Source: Chiloscyllium plagiosum
Lineage: Eukaryota
Direction of reading: 5' to 3'
Assembly: GCF_004010195.1 (NCBI RefSeq)
Contig: NC_057752.1
Span: 665,908-729,907, forward strand
Length of the DNA stretch: 64,000 bases
In this document: in pieces, positions 1-12,653 of the stretch
Position numbering within the stretch: position 1 is the first letter of the stretch
Layout of the letters: the number at the start of each line of letters is the position of its first letter
Notes under the pieces: model-generated
What the model saw: the letters and a program-made list of their open reading frames with translations, nothing else
Told to the model about the DNA's origin: nothing
The model's database searches: none
Made by a program: the position numbers and the translations under genes

Positions 1-349
1 GGGAATCACTAAGGTTATTAGGATAGGGCAAGAATGTCAAGTCAATAATGAGCCATAATCTTCTGGAATGACAGTGTAGGTTTGATGGATTGTATGACCT
101 CGTATTGCTCCTATTTCTTAGGTTTCTATGTGTTAATTGACTGACTGGATCTAATTGGCAAAATGACACAGTGAACAGTTAAAATGGCGTCCCATCTGTT
201 GACTTATTATAGATAATTGTTTTGGAAGACTATGCAATTTTCTAAGCTCTCTTTGGTAAACTGGTTAGCAAGGTTAGATCTCATGGAACACAGGGAGAAC
301 TAGCCATTTTGATACAGAACTGGCTCCAAGGTAAAAGACAGAGGATGGT

Positions 350-647
350 CAAAGTTTGTGCGAAGATTTGTAGCTCAGGTGCTCGTTGTTGTGGTTCTGT
401 TCGCCGAGCTGGGAAATTGTGTTGCAGACGTTTCGTCCCCTGTCTAGGTGGCATCCTCAGTGCTTGGAAGCCTCCTGTGAAGTGCTTCTGTGATCTTTTC
501 TCTGGCATTTATAACCACTATAAATGCCGGAGAAAAGATCACAGAAGCGCTTCACAGGAGGCTCCCAAGCACTGAGGATGCCACCTAGACAGGGGACGAA
601 ACGTCTGCAACACAATTTCCCAGCTCGGCGAACAGAACCACAACAAC
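350..647. mobile_element. Penelope-like element family A, fold-back insertion (129-bp inverted arms 385-513 / 519-647)
   Basis: Near-perfect inverted repeat with a 5-nt spacer and a 35-nt tail on one side only; degenerate 12-bp TSD ACAGAGGATGGT (338-349) / ACAGAGGGTGAT (646-657); same sequence as the GIY-YIG-bearing copy at 5568. Confidence 0.88.
569..608 (+). ncRNA. Minimal type I hammerhead ribozyme motif (PLE family A); mirror copy on the minus strand in the left arm
   Basis: GCA-CTGAGGA-T-GCCACCT-AGAC-AGGGGAC-GAAAC-GTC-TGC: core CUGANGA/GAAA, GUC triplet, stem I GCA/UGC, palindromic ACGU stem III; stem II imperfect. Confidence 0.75.
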
Positions 648-2157
648 AGAGGGTGATGGCGGAAGGTTGCTTTTCAGACTGGAGGCCTGTGACTGGTGGT
701 GTGCCACAAGGATCAGTGCTGCATCTACTGCTTTTCGGCATTTTTGTAAATGATTTGGATGTGAACATAGAAGGTATAGTTAGTAAGTTTGCAGATGACA
801 CCAAAAGAGGAATAGCAGATGGAGTTTAATTCAGATAAATATGAGGTGCTGCATTTTGGAAAGACTTATACACTTAATGGTAAGGTCCTGGGAGTGTTGC
901 TTGCAAATTCATAGTTCTTTGAAAGTGGAGTCGCAGGTAGATAGGATAGTGAAGAAGGCTTTTGGTATGCTTTCCTTTATTGGTCAGAATATTGAGTATA
1001 GGAGTTGGGAGGTCATGTTGGGGCTGTACAGGACATTGGTTAGGACACTTTTGGAATATTGTGTGCAATTCTGGTCTCCGTCCTACTGGGAGGATGTTGT
1101 GAAACTTGAAAGGGTTCAGAAAAGATTTACAAGGATGTTGCCAAGGTTAGACGGTTTGAGCTATAGGGAGAGATTGAAAAGGCTGGGGCTGTTTTCCCTG
1201 GAGCGTCGGAGGCTGAGGGGTGACCTTATAGAGGTTTATAAAATCATGAGGGATATGGATTGGATAAATAGACAAAGTCTTTTCCCTGGGTTCGGGGAGT
1301 CCAGAACTAGAGCGCATAAAGGTTTAGGGTTAGAGGGGAAAAATTTAAAAGGGACCCGAAGGGCAACTTTTTCACGCAGAGGGTGGTGCGTGTATGGAAT
1401 GAGCTGCCAGAGGACGTGGTGGAGACTAGTACAATGACGACATTTAAAAGGCATCTGGATGGGTATATGAATAGGAAGGGTTTGGAGGGATATGGGCCAA
1501 GTGCTAGCAAATGAGACTAGATTAGATTAGGATATCTGGTTGGCATAGACAAGTTGGACCGAAGAGTCTGTTTCCATGCTGTACATTTCTATGACTCTTT
1601 AGAGTGGATTTGTATTTTTGTTGTATTATGTCACATAATTCTCTAATATTTATTAAAGTATTTAAAATCTGACTATGTGTGGAATCATGTTCTGCACCCA
1701 TTGCCCAAGCTCTGTCACTACTGAACCTCTTGTAAACCTCCTCTTGTCACCACTGCGGTGAGTAGATGAGTGTTCCTGGAAAGTGAGTCCACAATAATGA
1801 AATATGTCTAGTCTTATAATTTTTTTAACAATTGATGAACATCATTATGTAGGCAATAGACCTATCATTCTCAGTCAGAAGATGCAATATCAGAAAGGCC
1901 ATTCAGCCTAATTGATCTATGTTGGTGCTAATGCTCCACACAAACCTCCTTCCACCCTATTTCTTTGAATTCCATCGTCTTATATTTATATTCCTCTTTC
2001 CCTGATGTGGTTACCCAGTTTTCCCTTAAATGCAAATTTAAGTGTTCCAAAAAAGTGTACTTAATATCAAAAATGTGACTGTGTCTACCACCAAAAATGG
2101 AGCTTGACTTTACAAAGTTTTGAAACTCATCCATCACAAAAACAGCCAAGCCAGGTG

Positions 2158-2388
2158 TGAAATAACTCCACAGAGGCTGGTATCCCATCACCAAGTTACC
2201 CATTATTCACACGTGGAGAGTCCTTGACACTGATCCAGCTCTCTCAGAGCCAGCTCTCAGAGGGAACAGGATGTCTGACACTCCTGTTTATATCTGTCAG
2301 CCAGAGCTCCCTGATTGAACCAGGTTTACAGCCCCAGTCAGGGGACTCCTATGAGGTCCACCTGGTTGACCTCTATACAATCACTACG
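2158..2388 (-). mobile_element. Probable solo LTR (Gypsy-like)
   Basis: On the minus strand begins (C/T)GTAGTGA and ends TTTCA, with TATA-like GATATAAAC and a polyA-like signal; flanked by AGGTG/AGATG (5-bp TSD, 1 mismatch). Confidence 0.5.
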
Positions 2389-3749
2389 AGATGTACTGGT
2401 CATTCTGCTGAGGATTGTGGTGCTCCACTGTGTATATTCTAGTTCCAGGCAGCAGGACGACCATCTAGCCCTATTCACTGTAATTCCTTGCTGCAAGTTT
2501 GATAATCCTGAAACCTGTTTATTCAGGAAAATTGGCCGAGTTCTTCTTGAACCCCACCTTGGTTTCTGTTTCCACAATCCATGGAATGTGTCTTAATAAT
2601 GCATTGAATTGAAACTTTAACTCCATTCCCATCTATTCCAAAAGAAAAGTACTTTCAAATGAGCCTTTCCCTCAACTGGTGTTTGCTGTGTGTTCAAGCA
2701 AATGGACCCTGTGTGTGGCGCAGAAAGAAAACAAGCTCTTCACATCTGCTCCCACTCTCTGGAAACAGTTCTCCAATCAACTTTGGTCATAATTGTACCA
2801 TCCATCTCACAACAGAAGTATATTTCATAAACTTAGGCACATCAGTCCTTACTGAGGGGGCTGTGTGAGTTGATGGGGGAAGAAGAGAAACAAAATTGCT
2901 CTTGTTCCTCATTTGCCATTTCTGAACTTGGGAAAAGTCTTTAATCATGTTGTCTGAACCTTACCATGCTGATTCTCTATTTAGTTGGAAACTGTAAATA
3001 TCAACACGTTAGTGCATTCTTCTGGGTTAAAGGAATGTCAGTACCTTTGTGGAAAAAATGAACCTTTTTTTAAGGAAAGAAAAGAGTTAAGTGATGCCCA
3101 CGTGCTTGCTTGCTCTCTCTCTCTCTGTCTCTCGCACGCACACACATGCACATACACTTAAAATATTGGATGGGAAATGTTTCATGCAAGATTGCTAGAA
3201 CATGAAACGCTTTACCATTAAAAGTTGCTGAGACAGGGTCTGTATCATAATTTCAAAGGGCATTGTGTCAATATGATATTTTTAAAGGAAGAATGTGACC
3301 GGATATAGGGAAAGGCCAGGAAGATTAGAGTAGACAGCACCCGATTAAAGAGCCAACACCAACACATGTGAAATGGAACAAATGATATTCTTCTCTGCTT
3401 TCCATGATCTGATTGTTATGGTAGGATGAGTTAGAATCTTGCCTGCTGGAGCAGCAAACAAACCTGCTATGCTTTAAACATCTGGGCCTAATGAGTATTC
3501 TGCCAGAATGGAATGGATTATGCAGGAAGTGGCTGTCAACCTGTGGAGATGAGGCAGCCTTTGGGTGTCCACCGTATGAAGGTGGCAGTGGGGAAAGAAA
3601 TTCCATGAATATCTCTCAAGAGGGAAGTGGGGAGAAGGACAGGCAAGGAAGCTTAATCTTGCCTTTGGCGCCAGGAGAAAAACCTGCTCCACAAGGAAAC
3701 CAAAAGCAAATCACGCTACTTTTTGTAATCCTCTTCCATTTGAATTTCT

Positions 3750-4115
3750 GATTGAAATGTATAAAATTCTAACAGGGTTAGGCAGACTAAATGCAGGAAG
3801 GATGGTTCTTCTGGTTGGGGAGTCTAGAACAAGGGTTCACTGCCACAGGATATAGAGACAGCCATTTAGGACTGAGCTGAGGAAGCATTTCTTCACTCAG
3901 AGGGTGGTCAACCTGCCACAGAAAGCTGTGGAAGCTGGGTCACTGATTATATTCAAGGAAAAGATTGATAAATGCTTTGATATCAAAGGCATCAAGGGGT
4001 ATGAGGTATGTGGAGAAAGCAGAAATATGGCGTTGGGATGGAGGATCAACTATGATCATATTGAATGGTGAAGCAGGCTTGAAGGGCCAAATGGCCTGCT
4101 CCTAGTTTCAATGTT
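3750..4115 (+). mobile_element. Old CR1 LINE 3' fragment
   Basis: TTCTTCACTCAGAGGGTGGT (FFTQRVV) motif and a 3'UTR ending GAAGGGCCAAATGGCCT. Confidence 0.75.
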
Positions 4116-5099
4116 TAGATTTTGAGGGAACGTTACAGCGGCCTTCCAACTCAGAACAATGTTTAAAAAAATGCAATCAGGACCCACAGTTTTGTATGTG
4201 TCAATGCTCAAGGACCCTACTGATTTCAGTGATGACATTTCCTCAAATATCAATCAAAAGATGGGGTAACCTTATCTATTCCTGCACCCTGTGGTGGGAA
4301 TGTAATATACTAGTCTGTGGTTGTGATTCTATTTCTTTAAAAAAATCATTTCCTGGAGAGCCATGTCATGTTGGCTCAAACTCTACTTGTTTATCATGCA
4401 TGTGTTCATATTTCAATAAATAAATAGAAACTAAAATTTTGCACTTGCAGGATCTCACTTCAACAGACTGTTGCAGAGTCCTGAAAATGGAACCAGTCCA
4501 AAAATACACCTGATACACAGGCGCAACCCCTTTGTAAAAAAACAAATAAATGTGGATTTTTTTTCTGCTTAAATTATTTGAATTGTTATTGTTTGGAAAA
4601 GGAGAAATGTTGTTATGACAACAACACTGTATACAATACAGTTAGTGACTGTCACAACCCAAGCTATATCCGCAATCCTTGGGATGGGCAAGTTGTAACT
4701 TGTAGATAGCTGAATTGAAATCTCCTACAGAAAATCCAAAGTCAATTGCAATCATGAAATTTCATGCCAAGTCTTTCATGTGAAATGTCTTCCATTTTAT
4801 CTGTTTGTTCCTATTCCTTCCTCTGCCTCCCATGCACCACACCCAATTAGCAAGTGAAAATGGGCTGCTGATCTGCTCTCTCTGCTTCAGTTACTCATGA
4901 ATCAATGCAGAGTAAAGTTGGGTACTGCAGGTGCAGTGTTCCCTCTGTGATGCTAAATTACATGGCCATGTAGCAACCCCAAGTACTGGTCACGCAATGC
5001 TCCTTTAAGTTACATGCATTGTTATTATAAATTAAACACCCAACACACTTTGAACATGTTGGCCACACTACAAGATTTGACAGGATACCTTGCTTGAAT

Positions 5100-5304
5100 G
5101 GAGAAAGTGAGGTCTGCAGATGCTGGAGATCAGAACTTAAAATGTGTTGCTGGAGAAGTGCAGCAGGTCAGGCAGCATCCAGGGAACAGGAGAATCGACG
5201 TTTCGGGCATAAGCCTGAAGAAGGGCTTATGCCCGAAACGTCGATTCTCCTGTTCCCTGGATGCTGCCTGACCTGCTGCGCTTCTCCAGCAACACATTTT
5301 CAGC
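5100..5304. mobile_element. Penelope-like element family B, fold-back insertion with hammerhead at the symmetry centre
   Basis: Perfect 14-bp TSD TACCTTGCTTGAAT (5086-5099 / 5305-5318); inverted arms; CTGAAGA-A-GGGC-TTAT-GCCC-GAAAC-GTC at 5215-5242. Confidence 0.88.
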
Positions 5305-5567
5305 TACCTTGCTTGAATATAAAGCCTGAATCTGCTCCATTCTCAGTGGAGCTTAAATTCAAATCCCACTGCCCTCCTTATTCTCCCACTAAAGTTGGAA
5401 AGCTTTTTGTATGGGACCTTCTGCAACATCTGCTTTAATTTGCAAAAGATAAGTTAGTCACAATTGCAAGAAATATTAAAATACAGAAACTGTAGAAACA
5501 TAGAAAACAGAAGCAGGAGGGTGTCCATTCGGCCCTTTGAGCCTGCTCGGTTATGCAATATGATCAT

Positions 5568-6096
5568 CAAAGTTTGTGAGAAGATTTGTAGCTCGGGTGC
5601 TCGTTGCTGTGGTTCTGTTCGCCGAGCTGGAAGTTTTTGTTGCAAACGTTTCGTCCCCTGTCTAGGTGACATCCTCAGTGCTTGGGAGCCTCATGTGAAG
5701 CGCTTCTGTGGTATTTCTTCCGGCATTTATATTGGCCTGTCCCTGCCGCTTCCGGTTATCAGTTTCAGCTGTCCGCTGTAGTGGCCGGTATATTGGGTCC
5801 AGGTCGATGTGTTTGTTGATGGAGTTTGTGGATGAATGCCATGCTTCTAGGAATTCCCTGGCTGTTCTTTGTTTGGCTTGCCCTATAATGGTAGTGTTGT
5901 CCCAGTCAAATTCATGTTGCCACTACAGCGGACAGCTGAAACTGACAACCGGAAGCGGCAGGGACAGGCTACTATAAATGCCGGAGGAAACACCACAGAA
6001 GCGCTTCACAGGAGGCTCCCAAGCACTGAGGATGTCACCTAGACAGGGGACGAAACGTTTGCAACAAAAACTTCCAGCTCGGCGAACAGAACCACA
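5568..6096 (-). mobile_element. Penelope-like element family A, 5'-truncated with inverted terminal copy; retains GIY-YIG endonuclease C-terminus
   Basis: Perfect 13-bp TSD GCAATATGATCAT (5555-5567 / 6097-6109); 182-bp arms 5604-5785 / 5919-6100; minus-strand translation from about 5919 gives QHEFDWDNTTIIGQAKQRTAREFLEAWHSSTNSINKHIDLDPIYRPL; hammerhead motif at 6023-6063. Confidence 0.92.
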
Positions 6097-6739
6097 GCAA
6101 TATGATCATGGCTAACCATTCAATTCTAACTACTGTTCTTCAAATAGTGTTGTGGTTTATTCCACACGAAGCAAGCGTAGTCCTTAGGTTTGTTTCTCAT
6201 TCTTTGGAGGTGAGCACAGCAAAATCCTTCCCATTTATTTTAAAATAAAACTTATGAGGCCATTTTGTTATGTCAGTATGCAAAAAACAGGGCCTTGTTA
6301 TTCATATGTGTAGCTTCCAATTCACACCTGACTGACAATGCTAAATTGGTTGTCAGTGTAATACATCACACACTTGGGATTATCTAGCAAATGCTGTCCA
6401 ATTTCAGGATCTAATATTCAACACTGTAAAATGACATGAGAAGTGTGGGCTAGTTGACAACTCAGTAACTTAAAGTTGCAAGCAGCCAAAGAGATATGCT
6501 GTTTGATATGATCCAATCTCAACAGTATTCTGTAATGAAAAATTCCAGTTTCACAACCCTTTGAGAGAAGAAATTCCTCCACATGCCTGTCTTAAATGTG
6601 GTTATTCTGAGATTGTACCCCCTAATTGTAGGGAAATTGCCTTTTACATTTCCCCTGTCACGTCAACCACGAATCTTGGATGCTTCAGTAAACTCACCTT
6701 TCATTTTTCTAAAATCCAATGACTACAAAGTTCAATTTT

Positions 6740-6820
6740 GAGAGTGTGATGCTGGAAAAACACAGCCAGTCAGGCATCATCCGAGCAGCAGGAGAATCGA
6801 TGTTTTGGACAGAAACTTCA
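6740..6820 (-). mobile_element. Degenerate PLE family B arm
   Basis: TGCTGGAAAAACACAGCCAGTCAGGCATCATCCGAGCAGCAGGAGAATCGATGTTTTGG resembles the family B arms. Confidence 0.65.
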
Positions 6821-6859
6821 ATTTACATGTCCATCTATGTGCTGAAGATATACCCACAA

Positions 6860-7800
6860 TTCTAGGATTTTTACCCAGTGGCAGTGAAGGAGCAGTAAAG
6901 TATTTCCAAGTCAGGATGGTGAGTGCCTTGGAGGAGAACTTGCAGATGTGATATTCCTATTTATCTGCTGCACTTGTCCTTCTAGATGGAAGTGGTCAGG
7001 GCTTTGGAAGGTGCTGTTAAGGATCCTTGGCAAATTTATTCAGGGCATCTTATTGATAGTGCACACTACTGCTACTGAGCATTGGTGGTAGAGGGAATGG
7101 CTTTCTTTGTGCCAGTTATGATTCCAACTAGCACAGAGTTTGCCCCTGATTCCCATTGATTCCAGTTGTACTCAAGTTTCTTGATGTCCCATTTGGTCAA
7201 ATGCAACCTTGATGGTTTCTTGATGTCCCATTTGGTCAAATGCAACCTTGATGTCAAGGGATGTCACTCTCACCTCCCCTCTCGAATTCAGCACTTTTGT
7301 CTACGTTTAAACCAATGAAGTCAGAAACTGAGTGGCCCTAGCAGAACCGAAACTGGACATCAGTCAGCAGGCTATTGCTCAGCAGGTGCTGCTGGATATT
7401 TCTACTGATAACATCTTCCATCACTTTACTGATGATTGAGAGTAGTCTGATGGGGTTGTAATTAGCTAGGTTGTATTTTTCCTGTTTTTTTGTATGTAAG
7501 ACATACCTGAACAATTTTCCACATTATCAGACAGATGCCGTGTTGCAGTTATACTAGAACAGCTTGGCTCAGGTGCGGCAAGTTCTGAAACACAAATCTT
7601 CCACACCAATATTAGAATGTTATCAGGGCCTACAGCCTTTATCCAGTGCCTCCAACTGTTTCTTGATATCATGTGGAGTGAATCGAATTGGCTGAAGACT
7701 AATATCTGTGGTTATGGGAACCACTGGAGGAGGCTGAGGTTTATCATCCACTTGGCACTTCTGCCAGAAGATTATTGCAAATGCTTCAGCATTATCTTAT
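6860..7800 (-). mobile_element. Second CR1-group LINE family, degenerate RT fragment
   Basis: Minus-strand remnant KAVGPDNI...KICVSELAAP followed by degenerate RT-like sequence; same family as 35378-35880. Confidence 0.75.
7176..7253. repeat. 39-bp perfect tandem duplication inside a LINE relic
   Basis: GTTTCTTGATGTCCCATTTGGTCAAATGCAACCTTGATG x2. Confidence 0.9.
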
Positions 7801-9849
7801 GCACTGATGTGCTAAGTGAGTACTCTCCGAACTGCCTCCAATGCCACTATATCTTTCCTTAGATTTGGGACCCAAAACTGTTCACAATCTTGAAAGATGA
7901 CCACCAGTGAATCTAGGGCCATTTCCTTAAGTACTTTCTTTTGTAGATTATCAGATCATGGGGATTTATCAACCTTTAATCTCGTTAATTTCCCCCAAAA
8001 CCATTTCCCTACTAATACCAATTTCCTTCAGTTCCTCCCTCTCACTAGACCCTGTGTTCCCCAATATTTTTGGGACATTATTTGGGGCATAAAATGCACA
8101 CGTCTGTCATCAGACGTCCTTGTAGATTCTCTGGGGCCCGTGACCCCAGTTTAATATTTTGAGATATTCTCTTGGACCCTGTATTTCTGAAATCTGATTA
8201 CATTTGCATTGTAACTGCCACTAACGGCCTGTGTGGATTGTTGAAAGTTAAGCTGTTTTGCTGAAGCTGGTGGATATTTTTCAACTGTGCTTTGATTAAT
8301 TTATTATTCATCCACTGAATAAAAGCACTTATCAGATGTTGATGTGGAGAGATGAATTGATTCTATACACACGTAGCCAAGATTATTCATATGGCTGTAC
8401 ATTTACTACAAAGGGAGAAGAGATAACATCCACTATGACAGTAAATGGCACTTTAGAGACCCTTGGGGAGCAGCCCCATTGGTCCAGTAAGTTACTATGC
8501 CACACAGACTAGGAGGATCCTAGGTCCAAGCCCTGTGATGTCAGCTGAATTAGCCGATTTCAGCTGGTTGTTAATATGGTTGACAACTTGTCTCAGTTCC
8601 TGTTATAGACTCTAAATAGACTCTTTTCAGAGTCACATGAAGGCCGCCCTCATGGAAAAAGTACAGAAGGGTGTTTGGCACCTTGGAAAATGGATAAAAT
8701 CTTGGATAGTTACAGCTTTTGAGCCACTCGAAACGTTCTTTATAAAATTCTGAGCTGTGCACTGTCACTTTCATTCAGGCTTTGATTGCTGCTGTATTAA
8801 TTTTTGTGCAGCAGGAGTTTCTGTATTACAACCAGGATCATGTGTGCATTATTGATGGCCAACAGGATTTGTTAATTTCATCCAGGATCTTCTGAATGAC
8901 TTTGTACCTTTCAGTAATATTGGACCAAAGATAATTACTGTGGCTTTTTTTAAAGAAGCATAACACAGATCTGTTTTGCAGAAGGTGCTGAACCCTACTG
9001 GGTGACTGTTCCAGGAATGCCACTTTGGAAGCTAGCATTTTGCCAATCATCATATTTAAATACTAGATAAACCACTTATCAGAAAGGGGGTTATCAACAG
9101 CCAGGGAAAAGAAAGAGACTGGACTGGTGTCTTGGCAGGCTTCTTGACTGTTGGAGGCAGTCTGTTTGACTGAACCTCATCCTGCTGTATTGTTCATCTA
9201 TATCGAAGTGTACTTTATGGCAGAAGTTACTGAATTTGTAGGCTGTGAACCTTGACTTTATTTTGCCTGCTCCTGCATTCATGAACATCCAGGGGAAACA
9301 ATAGCATTGGCTTTGCACACAGCAAGGACTGCACTGGTACCTTCCTGAGTGATTTGATTAATTGCTGCACTAAGCTTTACAATGGGGTGATTTTAACCCT
9401 TCCTATATGGGAGAAACTAGGTGGGTGGACAGTTAAAATTTTATAGGGGACTTACCTGCCTATTTTGTGCCAATCCTGATTTTAACCTACTTGCAAGCAG
9501 GTAATAAATGCACCTACCAAAAGCTGGAAGGGTTTCTCTTCAAATATGCAGATCTGGATCCAATATTGTATCAGGTCCTGAGTGCAATATGAAGTCTAGT
9601 CTGAGAGGGGAAACAATTACAACTTTCCTGCCAGGTGACGAAATTGGGAAGAGTGCCCAGGTCCACAACAAAACCTTTACTATCACTCTGCTCTCCATGA
9701 CATTTTTGTCAGTGAGCCTCCCACTACTGTGGCTTCCACTAGCCACTTGGCACTTTCTCCCCATTTCAAATCGTCCCCTGGAGGAAAGTAAAAAATGAGA
9801 ATCACAGGTGTCAGTATTTAGAACATTGCTTTTCTTGATCTGTTTTAGT

Positions 9850-10040
9850 GACCATTACTTGGGTATGCAGGGCCCAATTTCAAAATTTTCAGATGACGCA
9901 AAACTGGAAGTATGGTGATCTATGCAGGGGACAGTGATAGACCTCACAAGAATCTAGACAGCATAGTGGAAGGGGCAGAGATGTGGCAGATGAAATTTAA
10001 TGTAGAGAAATATGAGGTAATGCATTTTGTTAGGTGTGAT
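9850..10040 (+). mobile_element. Old CR1 RT fragment
   Basis: TCAAAATTTTCAGATGACGCAAAACT (SKF.DD.K) and TGGCAGATGAAATTTAAT (WQMKFN). Confidence 0.7.
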
Positions 10041-10133
10041 AAAGGTGTAAAATATATTATTGTAGAATTTGGATTTTAAAATAGAGGCAAATAGGTTTTT
10101 GTTTTTGGTTCTTGAAGTAACCTTTTTTTAAAG

Positions 10134-10290
10134 AATCTGATGAAGCGCTTTTGCCTGAAATGTGAATTTTCCTGCTCCTCGGATACTGCCTGACCTGCTG
10201 TGCTTTTCCAGCACCACTCTAATCGTGAGTCTCAGCATGTTTTGCTTTATATCAGCCCAAAGCATCTGGAAATCCACCATCCAGAGTCTC
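10134..10290 (+). mobile_element. PLE family B-related solo arm with decayed hammerhead
   Basis: CTGATGAAGCGCTTTTGCCTGAAATGT followed by CTGCCTGACCTGCTGTGCTTTTCCAGCACC. Confidence 0.65.
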
Positions 10291-10315
10291 TGAACCAAGA
10301 GGAGGATCTTAAATG

Positions 10316-10490
10316 TTTCCTCCCACAGTCCAAAGATGTGCAGGTAAGGTGAATTGGCCATGCTAAATTGCCCATAGTGTTAGGTAAGGGGTAAATGTAG
10401 GGGTATGGGTGGGTTGCGCTTCGGCGAGGCAGTGTGGACTTGTTGGGCCGAAGGGCCTGTTTCCACACTGTAAGTAATCTAAATCTATCT
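10316..10490 (+). mobile_element. HE1-type SINE, 5'-truncated
   Basis: Near-identical to the 3' half of the full copy at 63351-63648. Confidence 0.85.
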
Positions 10491-10897
10491 AAAAAATGTG
10501 GGATACAGGTTCCCATATATGTTGCATACCCAACTGAGCAGTCAGAAACAAGCTGTGCCCCAATCACACTGTTGTGCCATAGGGTATCAGGATCTAACTT
10601 ATGTACACAGTTCTCCTTGTGCCAAATTTCCAATTATTGGCTGTGCCAGGATAGTGAGAAGTTAAATATGGAACAAATCTGTCACAGCAGGAGGTGCCCA
10701 AACATCTTGCCACTTGGTCCTACACCAAGGAGTTCAGCCGCTGCATTAAACGCTGCCTCAGACATGGCTGAATGTGTAGCATTCTCACCTCTGAGTCAAA
10801 AGTCATGGATCAAGTTCCACTCCAGAGATTTGAGCACAGCATCCAGGCTGTCATTCCAGTGCAATACTGAGGGAATGTTGGATTATAACACAATCAG

Positions 10898-11112
10898 AGC
10901 TGAAAATATGTTGCTGGAAAAGCGCAGCAGGTCAGGCAGCATCCAGGGAACAGGAGGATCGACGTTTCGGGCATAAGCCCTTCTTTCCTGAAGAAGGGCT
11001 TATGCCCGAAACGTCGATTCTCCTGTTCCCTGGATGCTGCCTGACCTGCTGCGCTTTTCCAGCAACACATTTTCAGCTCTGATCTCCAGCATCTGCAGAC
11101 CTCACTTTCTCC
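10898..11112. mobile_element. Penelope-like element family B, fold-back insertion with intact hammerhead core
   Basis: Perfect 15-bp TSD TTATAACACAATCAG (10883-10897 / 11113-11127); CTGAAGAAGGGCTTATGCCCGAAACGTC at 10988-11015. Confidence 0.9.
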
Positions 11113-11204
11113 TTATAACACAATCAGTCTTTCAAATAAGACGTTAAACCGTGGCCCCTATGTACTGTCTTGCATGAATTATAAAAGATGAAGAAAAGCT
11201 GAAA

Positions 11205-12653
11205 ATGTTATTATGGGAAGTGAGGGAAGAGATTGCCACGCCTTTGGCGATGATCTTTGCATCCTCACTGTCCACTAGAGTAGTACCAGATGATTGGAGG
11301 ATGGCAAATGTTATTCCCTTGTTCAAGAAAGTGAATAGGGATAACCCTTGGAATTCTAGACCAGTCAGTCTTATGTTGTTGGTGGGCAACTTATTGGAGT
11401 GGATTCTGAGAGACTGGAATTATGATTATTTGGAAAAGCATAGTTTGATTAGAGATAGTCAGCATGGCTTTGTGAGGGGCAGATCATGCCTCACAAGCCT
11501 TATTGAATTCTTTGAGGATGTGACAAAACACATTGATGAAGGTAGAGCAGTGGATGTGGTGTACATGGATTTTAGTAAGGCATTTGATAAGGTTCCCCAT
11601 GGTAGGCTCATTCAGAAAGTAAAAAGGGATGGGATACAGGGAAATCTGGCTATCTGGATACAGAATTGGCTGGCCCATAGAAGACAAAGGGTGCTAGTAG
11701 ATGGAAAGTATTCACCCTGGAACTTGGTGACCAGTGGTGTTTCGCAGGGATCTGATCTGGGACCTCTGCTCTTTGTGACTTTTACAAATAACTTGAATGA
11801 GGAATTGGAAGGGTGGGTTAGTAAGTTTGCTGATGCAGAGCTGGGCTGATAAGTGGCAGGTGGAGTTCAACCTGGAAAAGTGTGAAGTGATTCATTTTGG
11901 AATGTCAAATTTGAATGCAGAATTCAGGGTTAAAGGCAGGATTCTTGGCAGTGTGGGGGAACAGAGGGATCTTGGGGGTCCACATCCATAGATCCCTCAA
12001 AGTTGCTACTCAAGTTGATAGGGTTGTTAAGAAGGCGCATGGTGTGTTGGCTTTCATTAGCAGGGGGATTGAGTTTAAGAGCCGTGGGGTTATGCTGCAG
12101 CTCGATAGAGCCCTGGTTAGACCACATTATTCAGTTCTGGGCACCTCATTACAGGAAGGATATGGAAGCTTTAGAGAGGGTGCAGAGGAGATTTACCAGG
12201 ATGCTGCTTGGACTGGGAGGGCAGGTCTTATGAAGAGAGGTTGAGTGAGTTAGGGCTTTTCTCATTGGAATGAAGAAGAATGAGAGATGACTTGATAGAG
12301 GTGTACAAGATGATGAGAGGCATAGATAGAATGGATAGACAGAGACTTTTTTCCAGGGCGGAAATGGCTATCACGAGGGTGCATAATTTTAAGGTGATTG
12401 GAGGAAGGTTTAGGGGAGATGTCAGAGGTAGGTTCTTTACACAGAGAGTGGTGGGTGCATGGAATGCATTCCCAGCAGTGGTAGTAGACCAGATACATTA
12501 GGGATATTTTAGGGACTCTTGGATAGGCACATGGATGATAGTAAAATGAAGGGTATGTAGGTTAGTTTGATCTTAGAGTAGGATAAAAGGTTGGCACAAC
12601 ATCGAGGGCCGAAGGGCCTGTACTGTCCTGTACTGTTCTATGATTTATGTTCT
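11205..12653 (+). mobile_element. CR1/HER1-type LINE, 5'-truncated RT with an internal deletion after FAD
   Basis: VPDDWRMANVIPLFKK, SQHGFVRGRSCLT, VDVVYMDFSKAFDKVPH, GVSQGSDLGP; TGTTCTA tail. Confidence 0.93.

Larger units (their letters stand above)
254..1598 (+). mobile_element. CR1/HER1-type LINE, 5'-truncated, degenerate, interrupted by a Penelope insertion at 350-645
   Basis: RT motifs GVPQGSVL and SKFADDTK; C-terminal LEYCVQFWSP, LERVQKRFTRMLP and [13 protein letters not shown]; ends in an ATGACTCT tail. Confidence 0.93.

Noticed and set aside
350..647. Fold-back elements as DNA-transposon MITEs
   Set aside because: One-sided tail, variable 11-16 bp TSDs, hammerhead motifs and linkage to GIY-YIG coding sequence indicate PLE retroelements
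281..829. Mirror-image ORFs (MPEKRSQK.. on both strands; similar ORFs at 5454-5977)
   Set aside because: They are by-products of the PLE inverted repeat, not genes
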